Positions 38,836 through 48,965 of a stretch of 64,000 bases of DNA are shown here, in pieces. Position numbers and translations under genes: made by a program. The notes beneath the pieces were generated by a model. That model searched no databases. It saw only the letters and a list, made by a program, of their open reading frames with translations, and was not told the DNA's origin. Within the stretch, counting starts at the first letter, position 1. Each line of letters starts with the position of its first letter. This DNA comes from an uncultured delta proteobacterium (GTDB lineage Bacteria; Myxococcota; Myxococcia; Myxococcales; Myxococcaceae): assembly GCA_963713045.1 (NCBI GenBank), contig CAVQKE010000004.1, positions 768,001 to 832,000 on the forward strand, written 5' to 3'.

Positions 38836-38867
38836 ACCGCCGGTCGCGCGTTCGAATCGCTCCGAGG
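38829..38867 (+). repeat. tRNA-Arg(CCT) 3' half, att-like copy 4 (degenerate)
   Basis: TTCCTAAACCGCCGGTCGCGCGTTCGAATCGCTCCGAGG. Confidence 0.75.
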
Positions 38868-40871
38868 CTCGACGAGGACTTGACTGCGGAGACGAAACAA
38901 CTCGGCGACGCTCCAGGCTTGGGCCGGGGCTCCCACTGGGCGAAAGGGGACTTCGGCCTCGAAGCATTCGGACACCGAGCCCAGGCACCCCTGCGTGAGG
39001 AGGTGGGCTTCCAGCCCGGCGAGTAAGCGGCGGCAGTGGCTCCGGGTCGTCTGCGTGTTCCCGTGCACCACCAGGTACGCGTCCACAAAGGGGCCAAGCA
39101 GCCACGGCCACACCAGCCCCTGGTGGTAAGCGGCGTCACGTTGCGCGGGGCCACCGCAGTAGAAAGGCTGGTAGCCGGGCTCGGAGTGGGACAGGGTCCG
39201 CAGTCCGACGGGCGTCACCAATTCAGCCTCCACTCGAAGCAGAACCGAGAGCCGCCGAGCCTCATCCAAGAGCGGGAATGGCAGGCTGAGCGCCAGAAGC
39301 TGGTTTGGGCGTAGCCGTCTGTCCGGCCCCTCCGGAAGCAACACGTCGTAAAGGAAGCCGTCCCTCGCATTCCAAAACAGAGAGTCGAAGGAGCGCGCCA
39401 CCTGCTGGGCGAGCTCAGCATACCCGGAGGACTCCGCAGCGTCGCCGAGCTGGCCGGCCCAGACCTCCATCAGTCGCAGGGCGTTATACCAGAGGGCGTT
39501 CACCTCCACGGGCTTTCCGTGTCTTGGAGTTACCGGCTGCCCATTCACGCGAGCGTCCATCCAGGTCAGGTTGGCGCCTGGACCGCCAGCGACCAGAAGA
39601 CCGTCCTCGGCGTCGACGTGAATTCCGTGGTGCGTCCCTTTCAGATGCGCCTCGATGATTCCGCGGGCAGCCGGGAAAAAGACCTCTTCGAGAAACGCGC
39701 GGTCTCCCTTAGCAACGAGGTAAGCGTGGACCGCCTGAAACATCCAGAGTGTGGCGTCGACCGTGTTGTATTCCGCGGGACCGGCCTGGTCGGGGAACCG
39801 ATTAGGGATTAGGCCACCGTCGAGACGGCGCAGGAAACCCTCCAACACCTGACGGGCCACATCGAGCTTTCCCCGTGCGATGAGCAGCCCGGGTAAGGAA
39901 ATCATCGTGTCCCGCCCCCAATCGGTGAACCACGGATACCCGGCGATGACGGTGGGTGAACCATCCGCCCTAGACACCGAGAACTGCTCGGCAGCTCTTT
40001 CGAGGCACGCCTCCACTGGGTCTGTTGCCGTCTCTCGGGCAGTTGCCCTTTCCGTTTCGAGACGAAGGACGGTCGCGGCGTCCGCCGGTGCAGAGGACTC
40101 TAGGGTCGCCACGACCCAGCCCACGCGGTTTGGCCCAACGGCGAGGATGAAGGCACCAGGGGAAAGGAGGTCCTCGCGGAAATCCAGGCCCCGGTCGAGT
40201 TCCTCCAGGTATTCGACGTTCTCGTGCCAGACAGCGGCGGGCGCGAAGGACTCGCCCGGGTGGTAGAGAAACATCGGTGGGAAGCCAGGGTAAGGGCGGA
40301 AGGTGAGCACTCGAACGCCATGCGCCGCTTGCTCGAGGACCGTCGCGTTCGCACCGCCGTTTCGATGGCCGAGCGCGTGGTAGTCGCGAAATGCGAGAAG
40401 CGGTTCAACGCGCAAGCGGACGGACTGGTCGCTCCGGTAGACCATGACCGCCGTCTGTTGTCCGGCAACCAGGAACAACCGGCGCTCGATGCGGGCTTCG
40501 CCAACTCGGAATACCCACGTAGGGCACGGGTCGAGCCGGAACTCCTCCAGCAACTCAAAGCCTTTCGGGTGAACGGCTCCCGGGTATTGGTTTGTGGCAA
40601 GCGGAATGTCCCTGCCCGCTTCGAGCAGCGTTTCCTCTAAACGCGCCAGAGTCACAATGCGGTCGACGGGCGGCCTGAGGGTGGCAACAAGGAGACCATG
40701 GTACCTTCGCGTGTTGGCCACGGACACGGTTCCCATCGCGTAGGCACCCGTCTCGTTGGTCTCGAGCCACTCCAGGTGCGACGAGTGCGCGTAGTCCCGG
40801 CACTCTGCACGCCCGACGACCACCGAGCGCTCGGCTTTCGTCTCTGCAGCACGTCGGGCGACTTTCCTCAT
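38832..40871 (-). CDS. Amylo-alpha-1,6-glucosidase / glycogen debranching enzyme
   Basis: EWLETN..G.YA.GT...ANTRRYHGLL, IAGYPWFTDWGRDTMISLPG, LTWMDA, RPNQL, YHQG.VWPW, AQAWS. Confidence 0.92.
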   Translation of the reverse strand: MRKVARRAAETKAERSVVVGRAECRDYAHSSHLEWLETNETGAYAMGTVSVANTRRYHGLLVATLRPPVDRIVTLARLEETLLEAGRDIPLATNQYPGAVHPKGFELLEEFRLDPCPTWVFRVGEARIERRLFLVAGQQTAVMVYRSDQSVRLRVEPLLAFRDYHALGHRNGGANATVLEQAAHGVRVLTFRPYPGFPPMFLYHPGESFAPAAVWHENVEYLEELDRGLDFREDLLSPGAFILAVGPNRVGWVVATLESSAPADAATVLRLETERATARETATDPVEACLERAAEQFSVSRADGSPTVIAGYPWFTDWGRDTMISLPGLLIARGKLDVARQVLEGFLRRLDGGLIPNRFPDQAGPAEYNTVDATLWMFQAVHAYLVAKGDRAFLEEVFFPAARGIIEAHLKGTHHGIHVDAEDGLLVAGGPGANLTWMDARVNGQPVTPRHGKPVEVNALWYNALRLMEVWAGQLGDAAESSGYAELAQQVARSFDSLFWNARDGFLYDVLLPEGPDRRLRPNQLLALSLPFPLLDEARRLSVLLRVEAELVTPVGLRTLSHSEPGYQPFYCGGPAQRDAAYHQGLVWPWLLGPFVDAYLVVHGNTQTTRSHCRRLLAGLEAHLLTQGCLGSVSECFEAEVPFRPVGAPAQAWSVAELFRLRSQVLVEPRSDSNARPAV

Positions 40872-41210
40872 AGCTGATTGACTTCGCAAAACGCCTTGAT
40901 GACGCCCTCGCCGCCGTTCAGCGCTTCGAACAGCTTGGGCCAGTTTTCCAGGCCCTTGACGGGCGGGTGAGCAGTTTAGCCAACCACCCCGGGTGCGCCG
41001 CGATAAATCAAATCGCGGAGGCCAGCTTCGAAGGCTTCGCACCCGGCCTTGACCGTGCCCACCATCGCTTCGGCTTACCCTTGTGCCGGTTCATGCGCAC
41101 CCAAACTTAGCCGCCCACGCGTCTGCTTGAGAATCTCGCCCTTGTAGGGCTAGAAAGCATCGCTCTATACCGTTAAAGGCGGCGCCTATTTTTTCGGAAG
41201 GACTCGAGTC

Positions 41211-42662
41211 GTGACCATCGACCGCCGCTCGCTTCTCAAGTTCGCCGGCTTGGTGCCCATTCTGGGCCAGATGCCACGCCTTGCTTGGGCTGCCGGCGAC
41301 GTAACGGAGAAGACTGATTACGTCGTGCGCATCGGAACCGCGTTGGTGGAGCTAGCACCGGACCACATCGTCTCAACCACGGTTTACAACGGCCAGTTCC
41401 CAGGTCCACTCCTTCGCTTTAAGGAAAGGCAGCGTGCTGTCGTCGAAATTCACAACGACACGGACACGCCCGAACTGGTCCATTGGCACGGTCAGATGAT
41501 TCCCAGCGATGTCGATGGGGCTGCTGAAGAAGGGACGCCTTTCATCCCATCCCATGGGATGCGTCGGGTTGCTTTTGTGCCAAAGCCAGCGGGCTTTCGC
41601 TTCTACCATACGCACGTACCGGCGATGGACGACCTTAACCGCGGCACGTACACGGGCCAAGCCGGTCCCGTTTACATTGAACCGCGCGAGAACCCAGGCG
41701 CCTACGACCGCGAAGTCTTCTTGGTGATGAAGGAATTCCTTCCAACCTTCAGTCGTGGTGGAGATATGGCCATCGACGCACTGGCCGGTGCCTCGGTGAA
41801 GGCGCTGCAGCAAATGGGGAAGGCCGCCGACGAAGCGGCGCAGCAGAAGACAAAGGGGTTCGAAGTTGGCTATGAATTGTTCAGCATCAATGGCCGCCTT
41901 CTCGGGCACGCCGAGCCCATCCGAGTGCGGCAGGGCGAAAGAGTTCTCTTCCATGTGCTCAACGCGAGCGCGACAGAAATCCGCAGCCTGGCACTTCCCG
42001 GCCATGCATTCCGCATCGTCGCGCTTGATGGCAATCCCGTTCCCACGCAAGCCGACGTCCCCGTGCTCTGGTTGGGCACAGCTGAACGTGTCTCGGCAGT
42101 CGTCGAGATGAACCATCCCGGCGTTTGGGTTTTAGGCGACCTCGCCGATGACGACCGTCGACACGGAATGGGGACCGTCGTGGAATATGCGGGTCAACGC
42201 AGTAAGCCGCAATGGGCGAAGCCGAAGCCGTTTCGCTGGGACTACGCGCGATTCGGAAAACCGAATGCGACCGCGACCTCACCGGACGAAACATTCGAGA
42301 TAACCATTGTCAAACACAACGCTGCGCTCGGCGGATTCAACCAATGGACCCTCAACGGCGAGGCTTTCTCAATGGAGACCAGGAAACCGACGTATACGCT
42401 TCAACAGGGTCGCCGTTACCGACTGAAATTCCGAAACGCGAGCGACGACATCCATCCGCTGCATCTGCACCGGCACAGTTTCGAGCTGACACGCATCGCC
42501 GGAGCGTCGACCGCGGGAGTGATAAAGGACGTCGTCATGCTCGGTGGCTTTCAGGAGCTCGAATTTGATTTCGTTGCCAACAATCCGGGGCTTACCCTTT
42601 TCCACTGTCATCAGCAGTTGCACATGGACTTCGGATTCATGGCGCTGTTCAACTACGCGTAG
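41211..42662 (+). CDS. Tat-exported multicopper oxidase
   Basis: DRRSLLK Tat signal; HWHG, YHTH, HPLHLH, HCHQQLHMDFGFM. Confidence 0.93.
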   Translation: MTIDRRSLLKFAGLVPILGQMPRLAWAAGDVTEKTDYVVRIGTALVELAPDHIVSTTVYNGQFPGPLLRFKERQRAVVEIHNDTDTPELVHWHGQMIPSDVDGAAEEGTPFIPSHGMRRVAFVPKPAGFRFYHTHVPAMDDLNRGTYTGQAGPVYIEPRENPGAYDREVFLVMKEFLPTFSRGGDMAIDALAGASVKALQQMGKAADEAAQQKTKGFEVGYELFSINGRLLGHAEPIRVRQGERVLFHVLNASATEIRSLALPGHAFRIVALDGNPVPTQADVPVLWLGTAERVSAVVEMNHPGVWVLGDLADDDRRHGMGTVVEYAGQRSKPQWAKPKPFRWDYARFGKPNATATSPDETFEITIVKHNAALGGFNQWTLNGEAFSMETRKPTYTLQQGRRYRLKFRNASDDIHPLHLHRHSFELTRIAGASTAGVIKDVVMLGGFQELEFDFVANNPGLTLFHCHQQLHMDFGFMALFNYA

Positions 42663-42682
42663 CAGCCCAGTTCCGAGCGACC

Positions 42683-42886
42683 ATGACGACTAAGAAAGTC
42701 ATCCACGGGAAGAAGGCCACCATCGACTGGGAAGGTCCTTGGTGCATGGAAGAGGGCGCGGCGGTGCCAGCCGGCCTGCGCTATTGGATGGGGGCGACCG
42801 GCCAGGCGGTCACATGCCCACGCTGCCTCACTACTCAACGGAAGCGGCGGGCTGCTGGCGAACCAATGAAGCCTGGCAAGCACTAG
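42683..42886 (+). CDS. Small hypothetical protein with CxxC
   Basis: H..PWC..VTCPRC; GAG upstream. Confidence 0.4.
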   Translation: MTTKKVIHGKKATIDWEGPWCMEEGAAVPAGLRYWMGATGQAVTCPRCLTTQRKRRAAGEPMKPGKH

Positions 42887-43076
42887 ACCCCTCCTCTGCT
42901 GAACTCAGCGCGGGGTCAGATTGAGGCTCGCTTCAGCCACATCCCACTGGTGAGGCCGCTGTCGCTCGACGAGCCATAGCCACAGGAGTGCTGTCACCGC
43001 GCATACGCCCCCGCAGGCGGCGTACGTTCGGCCGGCAGCGCTAGGGTGCAGGCGGCTCCTTACGCCTTCTTGTCGG

Positions 43077-43610
43077 TCAGCTGGGCTGGGACTCGCTTCC
43101 TCTTCTAAAGAAGAGTTCGACGAGTTTTCCCTCGCCCAAGACCCTGCCCAGTTCTCGAACGGCGAAGAGCGGAATGAAAGCGACGAGCGCTACCACGATG
43201 CGAGCGAGCATCTCGTACAGCCCGGGCCCCGACAGTTGGGGTAGCGCGCTGGCCAAAGGCCTTCCATGCACCAAGGCTCCCACGAAATGCTCAAGGACCG
43301 TGAAGAGGGCGACCACGACAGAGAAGACTGCAGTCTTCCAAAGCGTCGAGATTGCCAAACTGCGATCCCGAAAACGCTCTCCCAGGTGAAAGGCCTCCCC
43401 GATAAGAATTATTTTGGCCATCATAATCGACTCGATGAGGGCGTAGCCGTACTCGTAGTAGTCGATGTCGTATTCTCTGAGAAGGAGTCGCCGGTAAGTG
43501 GTCAACGAAACGAAAAAGGCAGCTAAGAACGCGGAAATGGCAATGAGCTCCCGCGTTTCGTGCACCACCACCTCGCGGACATGGCTCTTCTTGTTGACAT
43601 CCTCGGACAT
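43077..43610 (-). CDS. Hypothetical membrane protein (4 TM)
   Basis: Four hydrophobic segments; GAGG RBS. Confidence 0.75.
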   Translation of the reverse strand: MSEDVNKKSHVREVVVHETRELIAISAFLAAFFVSLTTYRRLLLREYDIDYYEYGYALIESIMMAKIILIGEAFHLGERFRDRSLAISTLWKTAVFSVVVALFTVLEHFVGALVHGRPLASALPQLSGPGLYEMLARIVVALVAFIPLFAVRELGRVLGEGKLVELFFRRGSESQPS

Positions 43611-43813
43611 GGCCCTCACCTCGGCGTTTCGGCGAATTGTTAGTTCCGACCAATCACCTGCCGGTATCTATCCTGACGGAATGGCTGCTTAGCCTAGATG
43701 GCGGCGGCGAGGACACTTCAGGGGGGTTGTGCCCACTCTGTGCTCGAGCAACCGCTGGCGAGCGAAGGGCCTACGGCGACACAAATCAGCTTCGGCTGCT
43801 CCTCCCGCCGCGG

Positions 43814-44209
43814 CTATCGCGCGTGGGGTGAATCCTCCGAAGGCTGCCTCAACTCGCCAAGGGCCTGCTCGAGGGCGGCCATCACTCTGGCCCCACCGAG
43901 AGGACGCTCCAGGACAGCGACCACCGGGCTGTGGAAAAGGATCGGGATCGCCCGAGAGGTGACGATAGCAACGGCGCGCACGTCCATTCGACGAAGGTCC
44001 GCAACCAGGTCGACTTGGGTCTCGTCGAGGAGAATCACCATCGGGCCCGGCTTGATTTCGATGACCGCTTGCAGGCGCTTCGCGGTCGTGAAGGTCACTC
44101 GACCGAGTGTATCCCTCAAAAGCTCCGGCAGCTCCGGGTCGGTGGCGATGACCAAGACAGAGGTGGACACCTTAGGGCGCCCGCGGTTGAGCGAGGGCTC
44201 GGGAAGCAT
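43814..44209 (-). CDS. Hypothetical protein, degenerate receiver-like fold
   Basis: VLVIATD, VILLDE, AIVTS, LERP pattern; follows the response regulator. Confidence 0.45.
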   Translation of the reverse strand: MLPEPSLNRGRPKVSTSVLVIATDPELPELLRDTLGRVTFTTAKRLQAVIEIKPGPMVILLDETQVDLVADLRRMDVRAVAIVTSRAIPILFHSPVVAVLERPLGGARVMAALEQALGELRQPSEDSPHAR

Positions 44210-44585
44210 CGTCAACCATTCGAGTCAGCTCCCCAAGGTCAACGGGCTTCTGCACCCGACCGAGGACTAGGGGATGGTGCTGAGCGACTCGCTCGACGGA
44301 ATGGTGGGCTGAAACGAGGACAACGCGCACCTTCGAGGCGTGAGGCCCTCGGGCAAGCTCGTTCAGCAACTGCTGGCCACTGACTCGCGGCAGCATGAGG
44401 TCGAGCAGGACCACCAGCGGGGTCTCAGACCGGTCAATTGCAAGGAGCGCCCGGAACGCATCCCCAGCCGTGGTGACCGAGTAGCCCAATTCCTCAAACT
44501 TCTCCTGAAGGAAGGAGCAGAAGAACGGCTGGTCATCGACCACCAGCAGTCGAGGCCCGTTTCCGTGAGAGTGTGTTTTTCCCAT
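44172..44585 (-). CDS. Single-domain response regulator
   Basis: LLVVDDQ, VLLDLMLP, VSA, QKPV. Confidence 0.88.
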   Translation of the reverse strand: MGKTHSHGNGPRLLVVDDQPFFCSFLQEKFEELGYSVTTAGDAFRALLAIDRSETPLVVLLDLMLPRVSGQQLLNELARGPHASKVRVVLVSAHHSVERVAQHHPLVLGRVQKPVDLGELTRMVDDASRALAQPRAP

Positions 44586-44769
44586 GGCAACGGCACAATG
44601 GCATGCCCGGTGCCTAGAAAGGAAGCCCGCGCTGTGCGTCTACAGCCCGCTGTGCGCCATTGTCCAAAATCAGACGCTTGGCCAGTCTCAGAAACTCGGC
44701 CCAAGCGCGTCCTCGTCGCCCCTCAGTCGCGAACGCCACTTAGCCGCCCTTTCAGCCAGTCGTTGCTGC

Positions 44770-45960
44770 CTACTCAGTCAGGGGGGTGCGGACGCAGTTG
44801 TTGGTGAGCGGAATCTTCGCGCTGGGCGCAGCCACCATCTCGAAATCCGAAACCTGCAGCGCCGCCAAGTCGTGCGAGCCAAGGAAGGAAGCAGCGGTCG
44901 CATCCATGGTGAGGGGAATGTTCCCGCCGTCGTCGAGGAACATGCCGTACGTCTGAAGTGCGACGGCGACGGCCTTGGCCGAGGCATTGGGAAGGGCTGA
45001 CAAGTCAAAGCTCGCCTTGAGCCGAAATCGAGCGGTGTAGGGCGGATAGGTGGCGGACCCGGACGGAGCCCCGGCATGGGTTCCCGGATGCACGTACACC
45101 CCCTGCGCCATGGACGCGTTGGGCAAGATGAATCGCAGTGCGTGTGGAACCACTCCAGCCTGCAGTTCAGCCCCGGTCACGAGTAGCGCAGCGATGGGCA
45201 TGCCCGCAGCATCCGCGCTGGTGCACTGGTCTCCGCGGCTATAGGGGGTTCCCGGCTGCCAATAGTCATGCGTCAAGTCCCACACGACTTCGCACAGCGT
45301 CGTGAACGGACTTCCCGTCGCCTGGCCTCCAGTAATGTTGGTGTTGTAGAGCTCGTACAGCCGCGTGCCTTGGTACACGAGTACGTGACAATCGCCTTGG
45401 CCCGGCGTGTTGTACGAGGTGTCACAGGCGTAGTCGTTCGAGCCTTCTGCGTTGCCCCCTGGCGGAAGGGGGACAGCCGTCATGTCGCAGTCGGGTGTGT
45501 AGTAGCCACTCGCCGGTGTGAAGGCGCGCGGCTGCACCGAGCTGTCTGCGTGCAAGATGGTCAGGCTGAAGTCAATCTGCATATTCCCTGAGCCCCAGCC
45601 CACCCCGGCCAGCTGGGCGATGACTTGGGCCGAATTGGGGTCGAGAGGCGCTGAGGAGATGTCCTCGTAGAAGATGGAGGTCGGTGGAAACGCCCCGTTC
45701 TGGCTCCCCTGGCCCGCGTCTCCCGCAGGCCCCGCATCGCCGCCGTCAGTTGCGCCCCCGTCGACCGCAGGGGCGCCGCTGTCCAAGCCGGAGCCCCCGC
45801 CGTCCAAATTACCTGCGCTGTCCGTGGGGGCGCCGAGGAGCCCGGTGCATGCGCCTAGGGCCAGAAGCGCGCTGTACACCGCTGTCCGCAGGATGCGATT
45901 CGACCGCAATCGGCTCGACGCCGAGGCCAACCGCCGTCCCTCCACGGCTGGCGCCGCCAT
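44770..45960 (-). CDS. Lipoprotein/secreted protein of unknown function
   Basis: LALGAC lipobox-like, DGG/DAG linker, GDCHVLV, ADAAGMPI, PHALRF, ALQTYGMFLDD; start uncertain. Confidence 0.7.
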   Translation of the reverse strand: MAAPAVEGRRLASASSRLRSNRILRTAVYSALLALGACTGLLGAPTDSAGNLDGGGSGLDSGAPAVDGGATDGGDAGPAGDAGQGSQNGAFPPTSIFYEDISSAPLDPNSAQVIAQLAGVGWGSGNMQIDFSLTILHADSSVQPRAFTPASGYYTPDCDMTAVPLPPGGNAEGSNDYACDTSYNTPGQGDCHVLVYQGTRLYELYNTNITGGQATGSPFTTLCEVVWDLTHDYWQPGTPYSRGDQCTSADAAGMPIAALLVTGAELQAGVVPHALRFILPNASMAQGVYVHPGTHAGAPSGSATYPPYTARFRLKASFDLSALPNASAKAVAVALQTYGMFLDDGGNIPLTMDATAASFLGSHDLAALQVSDFEMVAAPSAKIPLTNNCVRTPLTE

Positions 45961-46148
45961 CGCCTCGCCCGTTGCGCACCCGCTCGCCACGGCTGCAGCA
46001 AATCGAAATTGAGCTGGGACTGCGATGTAGTCAGCCAGCGGTCGTTGTCAGTTACCTTGAGGGGCCAGCCTTCGCCGCGGTGGTTTCTAAACGTGTCTAG
46101 GACAGGGTGGGACCAAGCTCAACAGAGTTGCCTGCAGCTGGCTTGTCA

Positions 46149-46661
46149 TCAGGGGGAGGGACGGGCCAGCAAATCGGGGACCGCAACGGGGGATGTCAGC
46201 TCGCGCTTTACTCCGTTAAAGTCCTGAAAAAGCCGTTGATGACGCACGAGAGAACAGCTCTCGTCGCGAGTGTAGTAGGCCCGCACCCACTCGAGAAGAA
46301 AGTCAAGCAACCTGTTCTGCTCATCCGGGCTGGCGAACTTGTGCGGCTCCCAGCTTCGGGCGCGACAATGGGCCAAGCACACTGCCTCCCCTGGGTTCAG
46401 GAACACCAACTCCGTGCACTGCGTGCTCGCCAGTTGAATCCACTCGCTGTAGCAGCCCTCGATCACCCAGTGCGTGTGAGCCTCGAGAAAGTTTTGTAGG
46501 TCCTGCTGCACCAAGACTGCCGGACGCGGCACCGCGACGCGCCGTGGCTCCCAAACCAGAGTGTCCAAATCCAGATGAACAAGGCACCCGCGTCGCGCGA
46601 GCCCAGCAGCGTAGGTGCTCTTTCCCGAACCGGCGTTGCCGAACACAAGGACGCGCGCCAT
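46149..46661 (-). CDS. P-loop nucleotide kinase (FlaR/adenylate-shikimate kinase-like)
   Basis: GNAGSGKST, HLDLD, WVIEGCY. Confidence 0.85.
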   Translation of the reverse strand: MARVLVFGNAGSGKSTYAAGLARRGCLVHLDLDTLVWEPRRVAVPRPAVLVQQDLQNFLEAHTHWVIEGCYSEWIQLASTQCTELVFLNPGEAVCLAHCRARSWEPHKFASPDEQNRLLDFLLEWVRAYYTRDESCSLVRHQRLFQDFNGVKRELTSPVAVPDLLARPSP

Positions 46662-46821
46662 TTGCTGCACGTTAGTCCTGGGCGCGCCGTCGCCCAACGG
46701 CTAACACTCCCCCGTCGAACCGCTCTGGTTTGACGGCCCGGGAGCCCTTTACCTTCTAAGCGTTGCAGCCCAGACTTATTCATGCGCTGACTCTTAAAAC
46801 CTTCCCGAAAGGAGTTGTGCC

Positions 46822-47424
46822 GTGAAACTTTTTTACGCACCGGGAGCCTGTTCTCTGTCTCCCCACATTGTCCTTCGCGAAGCTGGTATCCCGTACCAAC
46901 TTGAAAAGGTCGACCTTCGGACGCATACGGCAGACGGAGCCGACTTTTACGCCATCAACCCGAAAGGCTATGTCCCAGCGCTGCAGTTCGAGGACGGACG
47001 CGTTCTGACCGAAGGGCCCGCCATCATCCAATACCTGGCGGATCGCGCACCTGAGAGCAAACTGGCACCGGCGGCTGGAACTTTCGAGCGCGCGCGGCTT
47101 CAGGAGTGGCTGAACTACATCAGCACAGAGCTCCACAAGAGTCTCGGGGCATTCTTCAACCCGAAGCTGCCGGATGAAGTTCGGCAGTCGACCCTGAACA
47201 TCCTCGACAAGAAGTTCGACTACCTCTCCAAGCAGCTCGCTGGGCGAACGTTTTTGCTCGGTGACACCTTTAGCGTCGCTGACGCCTACCTGTACACCAT
47301 CCTTCGCTGGACCGACCGTTTCAAAATCGACCTCGGAAAGTGGCCGGTGCTCCAAGCTTACATGGACCGGGTTGCAGCTCGGCCCGCTGTCCAGGCGTCC
47401 CTCAAGGAAGAGGGCCTCTCCTAG
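46822..47424 (+). CDS. gstA: Glutathione S-transferase, beta class
   Basis: MKLFYAPGACSLSPHIVLRE, NPKGYVP, LTEGPAI, TELHK, FSVADAY. Confidence 0.93.
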   Translation: MKLFYAPGACSLSPHIVLREAGIPYQLEKVDLRTHTADGADFYAINPKGYVPALQFEDGRVLTEGPAIIQYLADRAPESKLAPAAGTFERARLQEWLNYISTELHKSLGAFFNPKLPDEVRQSTLNILDKKFDYLSKQLAGRTFLLGDTFSVADAYLYTILRWTDRFKIDLGKWPVLQAYMDRVAARPAVQASLKEEGLS

Positions 47425-47939
47425 AGAAGTCGCGCCATGGCATGGACGAATGGAGCGTCTGGAGGCGGCCCCAGCTCGTTCCAGCCGCACCGAAGGTAGA
47501 AGCGTAACGCGCGCACGTTGGTTGGACTCACGTTGAGGGTCGCCGAGCGGTAGCCCTGGTCTCGGAGCACATCCACCGCATAGGCATCGAGTTGCCGTGC
47601 GAGGCCACGCCCGCGCCATTGGGGGACGAGGTAGTAAAGGTTGACGTGTCCGGTGCTGGGCTCCGTCTCGGATGAGCCGAGCACCACCTGCCCGACAATG
47701 CGGTCCCCCAACCACGCGTTGACGGCGTTTCGTGGGTCTTGGTGCAGCTTCTCGCCGAGGCGTTCAACCCATCTTCGGCCATCCCGCCCAGCCTCGGCCC
47801 AAAACCGCTCCGCGTTGCCAAACGAGCAGACGAATGCGTCTTCGCTGAACTGCACCGCGAGCGCGCCGTCGCCGGGTAGGCCAATCGGGCGGAAGACGAG
47901 TGCCTCGGCGGCCGCCACGGAGTTCGAATCTTCTGCCAT
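47421..47939 (-). CDS. GNAT family N-acetyltransferase
   Basis: YYLVPQWRGRGLA, NVRALRFY. Confidence 0.85.
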   Translation of the reverse strand: MAEDSNSVAAAEALVFRPIGLPGDGALAVQFSEDAFVCSFGNAERFWAEAGRDGRRWVERLGEKLHQDPRNAVNAWLGDRIVGQVVLGSSETEPSTGHVNLYYLVPQWRGRGLARQLDAYAVDVLRDQGYRSATLNVSPTNVRALRFYLRCGWNELGPPPDAPFVHAMARLL

Positions 47940-48104
47940 TCCCAACGGTGTACACGGCTTCGGAGGCTAGCGTCGGCCCAGTGGGCTGCCTCACGCCTCT
48001 GCGGAATTATCCGTCCGGATGGTCTCGGCGGCCCGACGTCTCTCGCGGTGCGCGAAGGCGTGAGGCCCACGCGGGAAGCACAGCTTCACAAGCCGCTCAG
48101 CACT

Positions 48105-48890
48105 TCAGCCAATCTGAACGCTCAACATCGAGACCGACCCTCCGTCGATACCCAAGACTGGAAAGCCGACCGGTTCCGCATCTCCTTGAAGTCCCAGCAC
48201 GTACAACAGCGGCAGATAGTGGTCGGCCGTTGGCACCGCCAGCAACGCGTCCGGGCCGAGGGTCGCATACTCAACGAGCGGCTGGTGGTTGCGGGCCAGG
48301 ACCAGCTCTTTGACACGTCGCTCAAATCTGACGGCCCATTCGTATGGGACCACCGGATGGGCGCCCCAGGCGTAAGCCTCGAGGTTATGGACCAGGTTGC
48401 CGCTCCCAAGCACGAGCACACCTTCGTCACGAAGCGCCTTGAGCTTGTGTCCGAGCGCAAGATGGAACACAGGCGGTTGGGTGCGGTCGATACTCAACTG
48501 GATAACTGGGACGTCAGCGCGGGGGAACATTCGGACCAACACGGACCAGGTTCCGTGGTCCAGACCCCAGTCGGTTGCTGCCGTGACCGGAGTTGGGAGG
48601 AGCATCTGGCGGATTCGCTCGGCCAAAGCCGGGTCTCCGGGCGCTGGATACTGCACCGCGTATAACTCGGGCGGGAAGCCGCCGAAGTCGTGGATGGTCT
48701 TCGGGTGCTCTTCGGCGGTGACGCGCGAACCCCGGACGTACCAATGCGCAGAAAGCGCCAACACCGCCCGCGGCAGAGGGATCGCTCGACCCAGCGCTTC
48801 CCACACTGTTGTCCATTGGTTGCCAACAATCGCGTTCATCGGATTGCCGTGCCCGATGAAGAGGGCGGGCATCTTGGGTGGGGTTGCCAT
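48105..48890 (-). CDS. ygiD: 4,5-DOPA extradiol dioxygenase (LigB family)
   Basis: FIGHGNPMNA, SAHW, TIHDFGGFP, GLDHGTW, GSGNLVHNL, PTADHYLPL. Confidence 0.93.
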   Translation of the reverse strand: MATPPKMPALFIGHGNPMNAIVGNQWTTVWEALGRAIPLPRAVLALSAHWYVRGSRVTAEEHPKTIHDFGGFPPELYAVQYPAPGDPALAERIRQMLLPTPVTAATDWGLDHGTWSVLVRMFPRADVPVIQLSIDRTQPPVFHLALGHKLKALRDEGVLVLGSGNLVHNLEAYAWGAHPVVPYEWAVRFERRVKELVLARNHQPLVEYATLGPDALLAVPTADHYLPLLYVLGLQGDAEPVGFPVLGIDGGSVSMLSVQIG

Positions 48891-48965
48891 GTGCCTTCCT
48901 CGAGTCGCAAGGCCGCCAGGCGCGGCCGCTTCGACACCTCGACACTTTAGTCGGGCGGCTGGGCC

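Noticed and set aside
46669..46705. Integron attC-like GTTAG/CTAAC motifs
   Set aside because: No complete attC hairpin, no co-oriented cassette array and no integron integrase
47917..47945. GGAGTTCGAATCTTC tRNA-like T-loop
   Set aside because: Lies antisense to the GNAT 5' end; imperfect stem and no other tRNA elements
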